Positions 45,855 through 55,419 of a stretch of DNA of 64,000 nucleotides are shown here, piece by piece; the first letter of the stretch is position 1; each line of letters opens with the position of its first letter. This DNA comes from Planctomycetota bacterium. Its GTDB lineage: Bacteria > Planctomycetota > B15-G4 > SIAN01. Below the pieces are notes generated by a model. That model did not search any database and was not told the origin of the DNA. It saw nothing but the letters and a program-made list of their open reading frames with translations. A program made the position numbers and the translations under genes. Location of the stretch: contig SIAN01000013.1 in NCBI GenBank assembly GCA_009691715.1, positions 24,868 to 88,867 on the forward strand. Direction: 5' to 3'.

Positions 45855-46152
45855 GGGATCTCCTGGAGGCTCTGTCGCAGACGATGGGCGAGAGACCGAG
45901 CATTGTGCCGGAGGGCGGGCCATCGTCAAGGAAGCGTGCCTCACGCGATGGTGTCACGCGGCGGGCGTAACGACGCTGCTAAGCTCCCGCGCGATCTCGG
46001 TCTTGGCGTAGAATTCCTCTCCACCTCTGCAATTCTGCGAGCAGCGCTCCACCGGCCCGCCTCACTACGGGATTCCCGCCCTGGCTTCTCCGTTCAAGAA
46101 CCTCTTCTCCAAGCTCGGGAAGAAGGAGGCGCCCGCCCCGCCGGCGCCCCTG

Positions 46153-47445
46153 ATGCCGTCGTCGGTGGGAGAGACGTCGACCTTCCTCACCGGCGACGAC
46201 CGCATCGACAACCGCAACGTGAAGTTGCTGCTCGAGACGATGGCCGACCTGATCTCCGACCACGATCCGGCTGGGTTGGTGCGAAAGATCGTCGACCGAG
46301 CCATCAAGGCGGTCCACGCCGAACGCTGCATCCTGCTCTTGCGCGACGGGGAGAGCAACCTGCAGGTGGCGGTGGCGCTTGACGATCAGGGGCGTGATCT
46401 CGGGGCGAAGTTCCGCTATTCGAAGTCGCTGGCGCAGAAGGCTCTGAAGCAGTCCGAATGCCTGATTCGCAGCATCGGCGAAGGCGACGGACCGAGCGAT
46501 CTGTCGGCGTCGATCGTCGACCTCAAGCTGCGCGCGGTGATGTGCGTTCGGCTGAGCTTCAAGGACGAGATCACGGGCGTCATCTACGTCGACTCGCGGG
46601 CGACGGCACGCACCTTCACCAACAAGGACTCGCGCTTCTTCGAGGCGCTCGCGCGCGCGATCTCGATCGTGCTCGAGAACGCCCGGTTGCTGCGCGCCGC
46701 GCTCGAACGGGAACGCCTGCAGCGGGCGATCGAACTCGCGCGCGAGGTGCTGGCGAACCTGCTGCCGAAGGACCCGATGGGGGTGCAAGGCTTCGACCTC
46801 GCGGGGCTGTCAATCCCGGCCGAAACGGCCGCCGGCGACTACTACGACTTCGTGCCCTGCCCCGACGGCAAAGTCGGCCTGGTGGTTGGCGACGTGACCG
46901 GGCATGGCATCGGCCCGGCGATGGTGATGACCGGCGCGCGCTCGGCGCTGCGGATTCTGTTCGAGGATCGCGCGCTCGACGAGGCGCAGATCCTGGCGCG
47001 GTTGAACAACCGCATGGTGGAGGATCTCGGCGACGGGCGGTTCATGTCGCTGCTGGTTGGGCGACTCGATATCGCCAAGCGCGTCGTCACCTGGGCGAAT
47101 GCGGGGCAGAACCCGCCCCTGTTGCTGCGCGCCGACGGTCGGGTCGAGTCGCTCGCCGGCGCAGGGTTGGCGCTCGGCATCGAGTCGGGCTTCGCCTACG
47201 AGTTGCGATCGCCGATCACGCTCAAGTCCGGTGACCTGCTGCTGTGGCTCACCGACGGACTGGTGGAGGCGCGCAACCCAGCGGGCGAGGAGTACGGCGA
47301 GGCGCGCGTCGTGGCGCTGCTGAAACAGCATCGTGCGCTCCCGTCACGCCAACTGCTGGCGAAGCTGCGCGAGGCGATCGTGGAGCATGCCGGCCGCGAG
47401 CAGCAGGACGACGATGTCACCCTGCTGCTCGTTCGCGCGCTCTGA
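46153..47445 (+). CDS. GAF-domain PP2C-type (SpoIIE/RsbU-like) serine phosphatase
   Basis: 430 aa. GAF-like N-terminal half (ERCILLLRD...GVIYVDS). PP2C half: AGDYYDF...LVVGDVTGHGIGPAM...WANAGQNPPLL...LLLWLTDGLVEA...QDDDVTLLLVR. Coding-like signal continues ~60 nt upstream of the ATG (see findings). Confidence 0.85.
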   Translation: MPSSVGETSTFLTGDDRIDNRNVKLLLETMADLISDHDPAGLVRKIVDRAIKAVHAERCILLLRDGESNLQVAVALDDQGRDLGAKFRYSKSLAQKALKQSECLIRSIGEGDGPSDLSASIVDLKLRAVMCVRLSFKDEITGVIYVDSRATARTFTNKDSRFFEALARAISIVLENARLLRAALERERLQRAIELAREVLANLLPKDPMGVQGFDLAGLSIPAETAAGDYYDFVPCPDGKVGLVVGDVTGHGIGPAMVMTGARSALRILFEDRALDEAQILARLNNRMVEDLGDGRFMSLLVGRLDIAKRVVTWANAGQNPPLLLRADGRVESLAGAGLALGIESGFAYELRSPITLKSGDLLLWLTDGLVEARNPAGEEYGEARVVALLKQHRALPSRQLLAKLREAIVEHAGREQQDDDVTLLLVRAL

Positions 47446-47461
47446 CGTGCGCGATTCCGCG

Positions 47462-48832
47462 ATGCACGATCTCGTCCTGCGCGATGTCCGCATCCCGTCT
47501 GCGGCGCTCGCTGCGGCAGCGCGAAACGCCCCGCGCCTCGACGTCGCCATCGACGGCGACCGCATCGCCGCCGTCGGTCCCGCGCTGCCGCCTGCGCGAG
47601 TCGAACTCGCCTGTGGCGGTGCGCTGCTGCTGCCCGGCCTGATCGACAACCATGTCCACTACCGCGAGCCGGGCGCGGCATGGAAAGAGGGCTACGTCAC
47701 GGGCACCTCCGCCAGCCTTCGCGGCGGCGCGACCACGATCGGCGAGATCCAGAACAATGCGCCGCTGGTCGAGACCGCCGAGCAGTGGCGCGCCAAGGTC
47801 GCATCGCTGGTCGGTCGCGCGCGGAACCGCGTGCTCGCCTACGGCTGCGCCACGAAAGGCAACTTGGCGACCCTGCGCGAGCTCGCCGCCGTGGCGCCCG
47901 GAATCAAGGTCTTCCTCGCGGCCGACGGCGCGCTCGAAGTGTGCGAGCGCGCGGCGCTGCGCGCGATCTTCGCGGAAGTCGCCGCCGTTGATGGCCTGCT
48001 GGTCGTGCATGCGGAACTCGGCCCACTGATCCACGCCGGTGTCGCGCAGTGGGGAGCGAAGGCCGCCGACTTCCATCGCGCGCGCAGCCCCGAGGCCGAG
48101 CGCGCCGCGATCGACCTTTGCAACGAGAGCTGCGCCGAAACCGGTGCGCGCGTCCACTACTTCCACGTCTCGTCGGCGCTCGCCTGCGAGGCGATCCGTG
48201 ACGCAAAGCTGCGTGGCCTGCCCGTGAGCGGCGCCGCGTGCGCCCACTACCTGCTCTTCACCGATGCCGATGTCGCACAGCGTGGCGCGCTGCTCAAGTG
48301 CAACCCATCGATCAAGACGGCGTCCGATCGCCTCGCGCTGCGCGCGGCAGTGCACGACGGCACGCTCGACGTCATCCAGAGCGACCATGCGCCGCATCCG
48401 CGGGCGGAGAAGCTCGAACGGCCGTTTCAGCAGGCGCCGTCGGGAATCCCCGGCGCCGACCTCTTCCTGTCGCTCTGGCTCGAACTGGTGGACGAGGGCG
48501 TGCTGACGCTCGACGATCTGGTGGAACGCGGCGCGGTCGCGCCGGCGCGGCTCCATCGGCTGACCGATCGCGGCACCATCGAAGTCGGGCGCCTGGCCGA
48601 TCTGGTGCTGGTCGAGACCTGCGACTGGATCGTCGCCGAAGCCGACTTCGCGTCGAAGGCGAAGCAGTCGCCCTACGTGGGACGACGCTTCCGGCGGAGG
48701 GCGGCGAAGGTGTGGGTCGGCGGGCGGCTCGCGTTCGATCGCGCAGTCGCGGAGGACCTCGTCGCACTCGAAGCAGCGGCGCCGCTCCCGCTCGACGCCC
48801 TCGGTGCCGATGGCAAGAGCGGCTGCTGCTGA
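47462..48832 (+). CDS. Dihydroorotase/allantoinase-family cyclic amidohydrolase
   Basis: 456 aa from ATG 47462 (in frame with the track ORF). LLLPGLIDNHVHYREPG (HxH), GGATTIGE, IKVFLA (candidate carbamylated Lys), HVSS, QSDHAPH, and the DLVLV tail. Confidence 0.75.
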   Translation: MHDLVLRDVRIPSAALAAAARNAPRLDVAIDGDRIAAVGPALPPARVELACGGALLLPGLIDNHVHYREPGAAWKEGYVTGTSASLRGGATTIGEIQNNAPLVETAEQWRAKVASLVGRARNRVLAYGCATKGNLATLRELAAVAPGIKVFLAADGALEVCERAALRAIFAEVAAVDGLLVVHAELGPLIHAGVAQWGAKAADFHRARSPEAERAAIDLCNESCAETGARVHYFHVSSALACEAIRDAKLRGLPVSGAACAHYLLFTDADVAQRGALLKCNPSIKTASDRLALRAAVHDGTLDVIQSDHAPHPRAEKLERPFQQAPSGIPGADLFLSLWLELVDEGVLTLDDLVERGAVAPARLHRLTDRGTIEVGRLADLVLVETCDWIVAEADFASKAKQSPYVGRRFRRRAAKVWVGGRLAFDRAVAEDLVALEAAAPLPLDALGADGKSGCC

Positions 48833-48840
48833 GCCTCCCG

Positions 48841-49287
48841 ATGGCGAATCCCTGGCGCTACGACGGTCCGAAGGTCACGGTCGACTCGCTCATCGTGCGT
48901 GACGATCGACTGCTGCTCATCGAACGTCGCTTCCCGCCGCCTGGATGGGCATTGCCCGGCGGCTTCGTCGACAAGGACGAGACCGTCGAGCAGGCGGTCT
49001 GTCGCGAGACGCTCGAGGAGACCGGGTTGGTCGTCACGCGACTGCGCCAGCTGCATTGCTATTCCGATCCGCGCCGCGACCCGCGCCAGCACACCGCCGG
49101 CGTGGTGTTCGAGGTCGAGACTCGCGGCGAGCCGACGGCGGGCGACGATGCCGGAGCGTGTCGCTGGTTCCGGTTCGATCGGTTGCCCCCGCTCGCGTTC
49201 GACCACGACGCCATCGTCGCCGACTTTCGCGCGCGCCGCTATCCCGGCGGGGCGTTCGAGAACGCGCCTGAGTCGCGTTCGAGCTGA
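48841..49287 (+). CDS. NUDIX hydrolase
   Basis: 148 aa from ATG 48841. Nudix box GGFVDKDETVEQAVCRETLEETG fits GX5EX7REUXEEXGU. Confidence 0.85.
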   Translation: MANPWRYDGPKVTVDSLIVRDDRLLLIERRFPPPGWALPGGFVDKDETVEQAVCRETLEETGLVVTRLRQLHCYSDPRRDPRQHTAGVVFEVETRGEPTAGDDAGACRWFRFDRLPPLAFDHDAIVADFRARRYPGGAFENAPESRSS

Positions 49288-49323
49288 CGCGTTCCGACGC
49301 CAAACGGCCGCCGATCGATTCGC

Positions 49324-51879
49324 TCAATAACCGAGCTGGTCGAGGTCGGGGCTGCGCAGTCCGCCGGGAATCGAGCTGGCAGGAAGTCGGGTGCGCTCCA
49401 GTTCGCGGAAGTGCGCCTCGAACGCGCGGCGCAGCGCGATGGCTTCCTGCGGCTGTTCCGCGTCGGGACGCGGCGTGCCGTGCAGGTCGAGCGCCAGCAG
49501 GTTCTGCCGCTCGCGCGGATCGAGGGGCAGGGCGTACAGCGCCAGCAGCGGAAGACGCGGCCGGATCGGCGAATAGCGCGTCATTTGGATCAGCTTGAAA
49601 CCGCCGGTTTCGAGCGCGCGCAGTTCTCCGAGGTGGGGTTCGGAGACTTCGGCGGAGAAGGGCGCCGTGGCCTCCGCCGGCACCGGCAGCAACGTGCGGC
49701 CGGTCGCGCCAGGCAGGCCGGGCAACCCGCAGAGTTCGAGCAAGGAAGGCGCGACGTCGGCGAGCGCGACCGGCGTCTTGTCGCGGCGCGGGGCGAGTCC
49801 CGGCGCACGCACGATCAGCGGCACCCGGAGCACTTCGTCGTAGAGCGTGCGGCCGTGGCCGAACCCGCCGTGCTCGCCGAGCTCCTCGCCATGGTCCGAC
49901 AGCAGCACCACGATTGTGTCGCGGTCGAGGCCGAGCTCGGACAGCAGCGCGAGGAAGTGCCCGACTTCGCGGTCGACGGCGGCGACCGAGGCGTCGTAGC
50001 GGTTGCGCAGGTCGGGCAGCTGTTCGGCCGTCGGCGTGCGCTCGTCGCTGTCGGCGAGAGGATCGAACTTGCCCGGCTCGCGCGAGACCTTGAAGCGCTC
50101 GCAGAGGTCGGCGGGCGGCCGGTAGTTGTGGACGGCGTAGGTGTGAAGGAAGAGGAAAAACGGTGCCGATCGATTCGCGACCAGCCACTCGCGCAGCGCC
50201 GGCAATCCGCTGCGGCGCCAGAACGCGGCGTTCAGCGCGGTCTCGCCGGGTCGCGGCATCATCTGGCGCATCGGCTCCTGCTCGTGCAGGAACGGGTCGA
50301 GCGTCGACCAGCGGTCGAAGCCGCGCCAGAGCCCGTAGACGGGCGACAGGAAGCCGCCGCCGGTGAAAGCCGCCGAAACATAGCCGCCCTCGCGGAAGCG
50401 ATCGATCAGGCGAACGCAAGCCGTTGCGGCCAGCGTCGAGTCGAACCGCTCGATTCCGTGCACCGTCGGATGGAGACCGGTCAGGAGCGAGGCGTGCGAC
50501 GGCAGCGTGTAGGGCGACTGGGCGCGCGCCTCCTCGAACACGACGGCGTCGCGCGCCAACGCGTCGATCGCCGGGCTCTGCTGGTTGCCGTCGTCGCGCC
50601 TGGCGCCGTAGGCTCCGAGGCGGTCGGGGCGCAAGGTGTCGATGCTGATCAGCACGACGTTGCGGGGCGCGCCGGCGGGGCGTGCGTCGGGCACCAGCAG
50701 CGGCAGCGATACGGCGAAGAGATCCTCAGTCGGTCGGCTGCTCGCCGATTCGGCCGCGATCACGAACGTGGCCGGTTCTCCGCTGCCGACGCCGTCGAAG
50801 GTGGCGTCGTGCCAGCCGGCACTCTCCAATCGCTCGCGCGGTGCAACGGCGCGTTGCGGCAACGCGATGGGGGTCGTGCTGTCGGCTGTCTCGAGTCGGG
50901 CGGAGACCCGCACTTCGACACGGCCCGCCGCGGGCCGCGACTCCTCCGCGACGCCGTAGCCGAAGGTGAGGCGGTAGCGGCCGGTCGGCAGCGTGACCGG
51001 CAGGCGGATCTCGCTCGGCGGCGGAGCGATCCAGGCGACGCGCGTCTCGCCACCGATCGTGACCTCGCGCTCCCACTCGGAGCCGGACTGTCGCGCGTCC
51101 GCCGCCAACGTCGGCAGCACGCGCGCGAGCGGGAGTTCGAACAGCGCCAGATCATCGAAATCGATCGGGCCGTCGGTGCGCGAGGCGATGGTCGGCGTTG
51201 CGCCCGCGATGTCGGCCGGTGCCCCTCCGAACAGCATCACCAGCACGCTGCTGGTGCGGCCGCTGGTCGTGAAGCGAACGCGCAGGTCGCCGTAGCTGCC
51301 GTCCTCGGGCGGAGCTACGCGATGTTCGGCGATCGGCTTCCCGAGTTGCGAGTCGAGCTCCGCCAGCGTCTTGCCGTCAGCGAGCCGACCCTGTTGCGGC
51401 TGGAAGAACTCGACGATGGTGAGCTCGCCGGCGCGTGGCGCGCAGGTGCCGGCACCGGCAGCGGGGCGACGCGCTCGCACTTTGGCCACGTAGGGCGTTT
51501 CTGGCCGCACCGGCAGCCACCAGAGCAGCGCGCCATTCTGCGACTGGAATCGCATGCCGGCTTTGCCGCGGGCGGCTGCGAGCGCGTCGGCTTTCACCTC
51601 CGGCGACGCGACGCCGTCGATCGAGCGGATCGGCGTGATGACTCCGTCGCACTCCAGATCCTGCTCGAAGCCGCGCACGAACGACGGCATGAGCCCGCGC
51701 TCGATCTCGGCGTCCGGCGCGCGCCATGGCGTTTGGACGGTGACGCGCCCGGAGTCAGCGAGTCGCGTGACTTGATTCACACCCGCGGTCGAATCCTCCG
51801 CGCCGCAGCTTGCGGCGGCGCAAAGTGCAGCGAGCGCAGCCCCCCCGATCGCGCGCGCGGTCAATGCGCGTCGAGCCAT
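49324..51879 (-). CDS. Lipoprotein with N-terminal non-catalytic region plus sulfatase-like domain (third paralog; T-x-P-x-H nucleophile region)
   Basis: 851 aa. Lipobox ALAALCAAASC. VVLISIDTLRPD, SPYTLPSHASLLTG, LLSDHGEE...GHG. C-terminal ...DLDQLGY. Confidence 0.8.
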   Translation of the reverse strand: MARRALTARAIGGAALAALCAAASCGAEDSTAGVNQVTRLADSGRVTVQTPWRAPDAEIERGLMPSFVRGFEQDLECDGVITPIRSIDGVASPEVKADALAAARGKAGMRFQSQNGALLWWLPVRPETPYVAKVRARRPAAGAGTCAPRAGELTIVEFFQPQQGRLADGKTLAELDSQLGKPIAEHRVAPPEDGSYGDLRVRFTTSGRTSSVLVMLFGGAPADIAGATPTIASRTDGPIDFDDLALFELPLARVLPTLAADARQSGSEWEREVTIGGETRVAWIAPPPSEIRLPVTLPTGRYRLTFGYGVAEESRPAAGRVEVRVSARLETADSTTPIALPQRAVAPRERLESAGWHDATFDGVGSGEPATFVIAAESASSRPTEDLFAVSLPLLVPDARPAGAPRNVVLISIDTLRPDRLGAYGARRDDGNQQSPAIDALARDAVVFEEARAQSPYTLPSHASLLTGLHPTVHGIERFDSTLAATACVRLIDRFREGGYVSAAFTGGGFLSPVYGLWRGFDRWSTLDPFLHEQEPMRQMMPRPGETALNAAFWRRSGLPALREWLVANRSAPFFLFLHTYAVHNYRPPADLCERFKVSREPGKFDPLADSDERTPTAEQLPDLRNRYDASVAAVDREVGHFLALLSELGLDRDTIVVLLSDHGEELGEHGGFGHGRTLYDEVLRVPLIVRAPGLAPRRDKTPVALADVAPSLLELCGLPGLPGATGRTLLPVPAEATAPFSAEVSEPHLGELRALETGGFKLIQMTRYSPIRPRLPLLALYALPLDPRERQNLLALDLHGTPRPDAEQPQEAIALRRAFEAHFRELERTRLPASSIPGGLRSPDLDQLGY

Positions 51880-54602
51880 GTCGCACCTTCGCCAATGTCG
51901 ACCTGCAGGCGCACCGACAGGTCGAGCGCCCCCTCCATGCAGCGGCGCGCAAGTGCGCGCACGGCGTCACTCTCTCCCGGCGCGACATCGAAGACCAGCT
52001 CGTCGTGCACCTGCAGGATCATCCGCGAGCTCAATTTCGCCGCGGCGAGCTCGCGATCGACCGCCAGCATCGCCCGCTTGATGAGGTCGGCGGCAGTCCC
52101 CTGGATCGGCGTGTTCACGGCGACATTGCGTGCGTTCGCCTGGATGCGCGGGTCCTCGCTCTGGATCTCCGGGATCGCGCGCGTCCGGCCGAGCAGGGTC
52201 GACACGCTGCCCGTTTTGCGCGCCTGCTCAACCGTCGCGTCGAGCCAGCGGCGCACTCCGGCGAAGACGCCGAAGTAGCGCTCGATGAACGCCTGCGCTT
52301 CGCCGAACTTGAGACCGGTCTCGCGCGCGAGACGCTGGGCGCCCATGCCGTAGATGATCCCGAAGTTGATCGCCTTCGCGCGGGTGCGCAGCTCGGTCGT
52401 GACCTCTCCGATCGGGACGCCGAAGACCAGCGATGCCGTGCGCCGGTGGACGTCTTCGCCGGCGGCGAACGCTGCGCGCAACTGCTCGTCGTCGGCGAGA
52501 TGCGCGAGAAGGCGCAATTCCACCTGCGAGTAGTCGGCAGAGAGGAGCGTCCCGCCCGCGAAACTGGAGATGAAGGCGCGACGGATCTCGCGGCCGAGCG
52601 GAGTGCGGATCGGGATGTTCTGCAGGTTCGGGTCGGAGCTCGACAGGCGGCCGGTCGCGGCCACTGCCTGGTTGAACGAGGTGTGCAGCCGTCCGGTCTG
52701 CGGGTGCACGAGCTTGGGCAGCGTTTCGAGGTAGGTGGAGCGCAGCTTTTCGACTTGGCGGTACTCGAGCACCGCAGCGACCAGCGGATGCTCCTCCATC
52801 GTCTCGAGGAACTCGGCGTTGGTGGAGAATCCGGTCTCGGTGCGCGGCACCTTCTTGATCCCGAGTTGTTCGTGGACCTTCAGCTTCTCGTAAAGGATTC
52901 CGGCCAGCTGCTGCGGCGACTTGACGTTGAACGGTTCGCCGGCGAGCACGTGGATCTGCTTTTCGAGTTCCTCACCGCGCAGGTGGCAACGGCCCGTCAG
53001 GTCGGCGAGGGCGGCGACGTCGAGCGCCACACCCGCCGCCTCCATCCGGCGCAGCACGTCGATCAGCGGCAGTTCGAGCTCCGCGAAGAGCGAGTCGACC
53101 TTTCCGGCGGCGAGCTCGGCCTCGAGCGGCGCGATCAGGCGAAAGGTGTAGTCGGCGTCCTCGCAGGCGTACTCGCCCACCTTGGCGACATCGACCTGGT
53201 CCATCGTGATCTGCTTCTTGCCGCTGCCGATCAGCTCGCTGGTCTTGATCTTCACGAACTTGAAGTACTGGAGCGCGAGGGCGTCGAGACCGTGGCTCGG
53301 CGCGCCCGGCGCAACGCAGTAGTGGGCGACCATGGTGTCGAAGGCGAGGCCCGCGAGCGGCAGGCCGGCGCGTTCGAGGATGTGCTGGTCGTACTTGGAA
53401 TTCTGGCCGGCCTTGCGCACGGTCGGATCGGCCAACAACGCCTTCAGCTCCGCGAAAGCCTCGTCACGCTCGATGCCGCTCTTCCCGCTGGCGGCGGCGA
53501 ACAGGCCGCTGCCCGGCTCACGGAACGGGATGTAGCAAGCGCGCCCTTCCTGGCCGCAGAGCGAGATGCCCACCAGTTCGGCGCGCCGCGGGTCGAGGCC
53601 GGTCGTCTCGGTGTCGACCACGACGATGCGCGCGTGGCGCAGTTCGGCGAGCGCCGCTCGCAATTCGCTGCCGCCGCGGACGACGCGGTAGTTGCGCGCG
53701 GCGGCGGCGGGCGCAGCGCCGGCGTCGGGGATGCGCTCGATCAAGCTCTGGAACTCGAAGCGCTGGAACAGTTCGCGCGTGGCGACTGGATCGGGGGGCT
53801 GCCGTTCGAGCTGCGCGAGCGTGACGCGCGGGTCATGGTCGCCGCTGAGCCGGACGAGGTCGCGTGACAGCTCGGCGTCTGCGCGATGCTCGGCGAGATT
53901 CTTCTGCAGAGCTGGCTTGCTGACTTCGGCGAGTCGCGCGTAGAGCTGGTCGAGGCTGCCGAATTGCGCGAGCAGTTCGCGCGCGGTCTTTTCGCCGACC
54001 TTTGGCACGCCGGGCACGTTGTCGGAGGCGTCACCCATCAGGGCGAGGTAATCGACGACCTGCTCGGCGCGGACGCCAAGCCGCGCGGGCACCTCGTCGG
54101 GGCCAGTCATCTCCGGTTCACCCTCGCCCTTCGGGAGGGCGTAGAGCGCAATCTTCGGCGTGACGAGCTGGCAGAAGTCCTTGTCGCCAGAGACGATCCG
54201 CACGAGGAAGCCGTCTGCGGCGGCGCGTAGCGAAAGCGCGGCGATCAGGTCGTCGGCTTCGAGACCGTCCTGTTCGATCCAGGCCATGTTCAGCGCAGCG
54301 ACGACCGCGCGAAGGCTCGGCAGCTGGCTCACCAGCTCGTCGGGCATCTTCTGGCGGGTCGCCTTGTAGTCGGGGTAGCGCTCGTGCCGGAAGGTCGGGG
54401 CACTGGTGTCGAAGATCACCGCCCAGTGACTCGGCCGCTCGCGTTCCAGGATCCGAAGCAGGGTGGAGGTGAAGCCAAACACCGCCGAGACGATCTCGCC
54501 TCGTTTCGTCACCAAAGGGTTGCGGATGAATGCGAAGTGGGAGCGGTACGCCAATGCGGCACCGTCCACCAGGAAGAGCGTCTTCGGGGCCGGATCGGCC
54601 AT
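51861..54602 (-). CDS. polA: DNA polymerase I (5'-3' exonuclease, 3'-5' exo-like and polymerase domains)
   Basis: 913 aa from ATG 54602. The 15 codons upstream in the track ORF have AT-ending codons and look non-coding. LFLVDGAALAYRSHFA, GDASDNVPGVPKVGEKTA, pol motif A LLSADYSQVELR, motif B RTRAKAINFGIIYG, motif C LQVHDELVF. Confidence 0.93.
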   Translation of the reverse strand: MADPAPKTLFLVDGAALAYRSHFAFIRNPLVTKRGEIVSAVFGFTSTLLRILERERPSHWAVIFDTSAPTFRHERYPDYKATRQKMPDELVSQLPSLRAVVAALNMAWIEQDGLEADDLIAALSLRAAADGFLVRIVSGDKDFCQLVTPKIALYALPKGEGEPEMTGPDEVPARLGVRAEQVVDYLALMGDASDNVPGVPKVGEKTARELLAQFGSLDQLYARLAEVSKPALQKNLAEHRADAELSRDLVRLSGDHDPRVTLAQLERQPPDPVATRELFQRFEFQSLIERIPDAGAAPAAAARNYRVVRGGSELRAALAELRHARIVVVDTETTGLDPRRAELVGISLCGQEGRACYIPFREPGSGLFAAASGKSGIERDEAFAELKALLADPTVRKAGQNSKYDQHILERAGLPLAGLAFDTMVAHYCVAPGAPSHGLDALALQYFKFVKIKTSELIGSGKKQITMDQVDVAKVGEYACEDADYTFRLIAPLEAELAAGKVDSLFAELELPLIDVLRRMEAAGVALDVAALADLTGRCHLRGEELEKQIHVLAGEPFNVKSPQQLAGILYEKLKVHEQLGIKKVPRTETGFSTNAEFLETMEEHPLVAAVLEYRQVEKLRSTYLETLPKLVHPQTGRLHTSFNQAVAATGRLSSSDPNLQNIPIRTPLGREIRRAFISSFAGGTLLSADYSQVELRLLAHLADDEQLRAAFAAGEDVHRRTASLVFGVPIGEVTTELRTRAKAINFGIIYGMGAQRLARETGLKFGEAQAFIERYFGVFAGVRRWLDATVEQARKTGSVSTLLGRTRAIPEIQSEDPRIQANARNVAVNTPIQGTAADLIKRAMLAVDRELAAAKLSSRMILQVHDELVFDVAPGESDAVRALARRCMEGALDLSVRLQVDIGEGATWLDAH

Positions 54603-55100
54603 AGGAAGGTCTCTGGGGCGCGCGTCAAAACGAGGTAGTGTAACCACGGTTGCCGAGGGAGCCTGACTGGCGAGGCAGCGTCACCCTCGCGCCACAGCGG
54701 TGTCACCAGCGGCCGCAGAGGTTCCTACACCGGGAGTCGAGTCTCTCGTGAGTTGCGTCCGGTTAAGGGAAACAGCGGAGGTGCCGAGGTCGCACACGAC
54801 CGAGTTTTCCGGAACCTTCACGACCGCTCACTCGATCGAACACGCAGAGGTCGGCTCGCGGTTTGCCAAGCTGGCCCCGAACATGGATCGCGAACAACAA
54901 AACAACAAAAACCGAACGGGCTCGTACCCGGCCGGTGTCTCGGGAAACGGGAAAAACGGAAGGAGCCTACGGACCACGACAACACCATGACGACACCAGG
55001 GATGCGGTTGGCCTTGGGTTCCCGGTCGATGCCTGCCAGATGTGAGTTTGCTTCGGAGCGCCGCATTGCGGTGGGGTGCGCGCGCCGAGGTGGAGGAGTG

Positions 55101-55340
55101 ATGGCGATGGCGATTCGACAACACGGGAGGGTGTTCGCGATGTCGATGCGATCAATGGAATGTTCGTGCAGCATTTTGAATGCGCGCGAAGAGAAACTCC
55201 TCGATGACGAAGGGCGAGTGCAGGTCCGGTTGATCTGCAATCGGTGTGGGACCGTCCTCGACTCCGAGGTCGTCCAGTTCTCCGCCTTGCGCTCGAGGGG
55301 TGCAGTTTGCAACGAGGCCGAAGCCGCCGAGGGCGGTTGA
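55101..55340 (+). CDS. Small hypothetical protein with a CxC...CxxC zinc-ribbon-like arrangement
   Basis: 79 aa (MAMAIRQHGRVFAMSMRSMECSCSILNAREEKLLDDEGRVQVRLICNRCGTVLDSE...). GGAGG lies 4 nt upstream of ATG 55101 (second ATG at 55107). It is the C-terminal part of track ORF 54753-55340. No homology is known to me. Confidence 0.4.
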   Translation: MAMAIRQHGRVFAMSMRSMECSCSILNAREEKLLDDEGRVQVRLICNRCGTVLDSEVVQFSALRSRGAVCNEAEAAEGG

Positions 55341-55419
55341 CGGAGCACCGTGAGTCGCGGAAGCCATAAGGGGCGACCGCGGTCTATCCTCGCCCCGGGC
55401 CGGCAACCCGGCCATTGGG

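Noticed and set aside
36638-51879. Annotating the three sulfatase-domain genes as arylsulfatases
   Set aside because: The formylglycine motif C/S-x-P-x-R is replaced by T-L-P-(T/S)-H in both intact copies and is deleted in the third, so I avoided a sulfatase call.
49411-53867. 955-aa (49411-52278) and 685-aa (51810-53867) plus-strand ORFs
   Set aside because: They are antisense to the sulfatase-like gene and polA, both of which have unmistakable motifs. The translations are Arg/Ala/Glu-rich with no motifs, a typical high-GC shadow ORF pattern.
54650-55100. tmRNA, RNase P RNA, SRP RNA or a cobalamin riboswitch in the polA upstream gap
   Set aside because: I looked for hallmark strings and found none on either strand by eye: the tmRNA 5' GGGG...GGATTCGAC with a 3' T-arm/CCA-like end, the RNase P GAGGAAAGTCCGG, the SRP GGAAGCAGCC, and a B12 box. 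GGTTAAGGGAAAC near 54764 is only a superficial resemblance. I left the region as an unexplained gap rather than calling an RNA.
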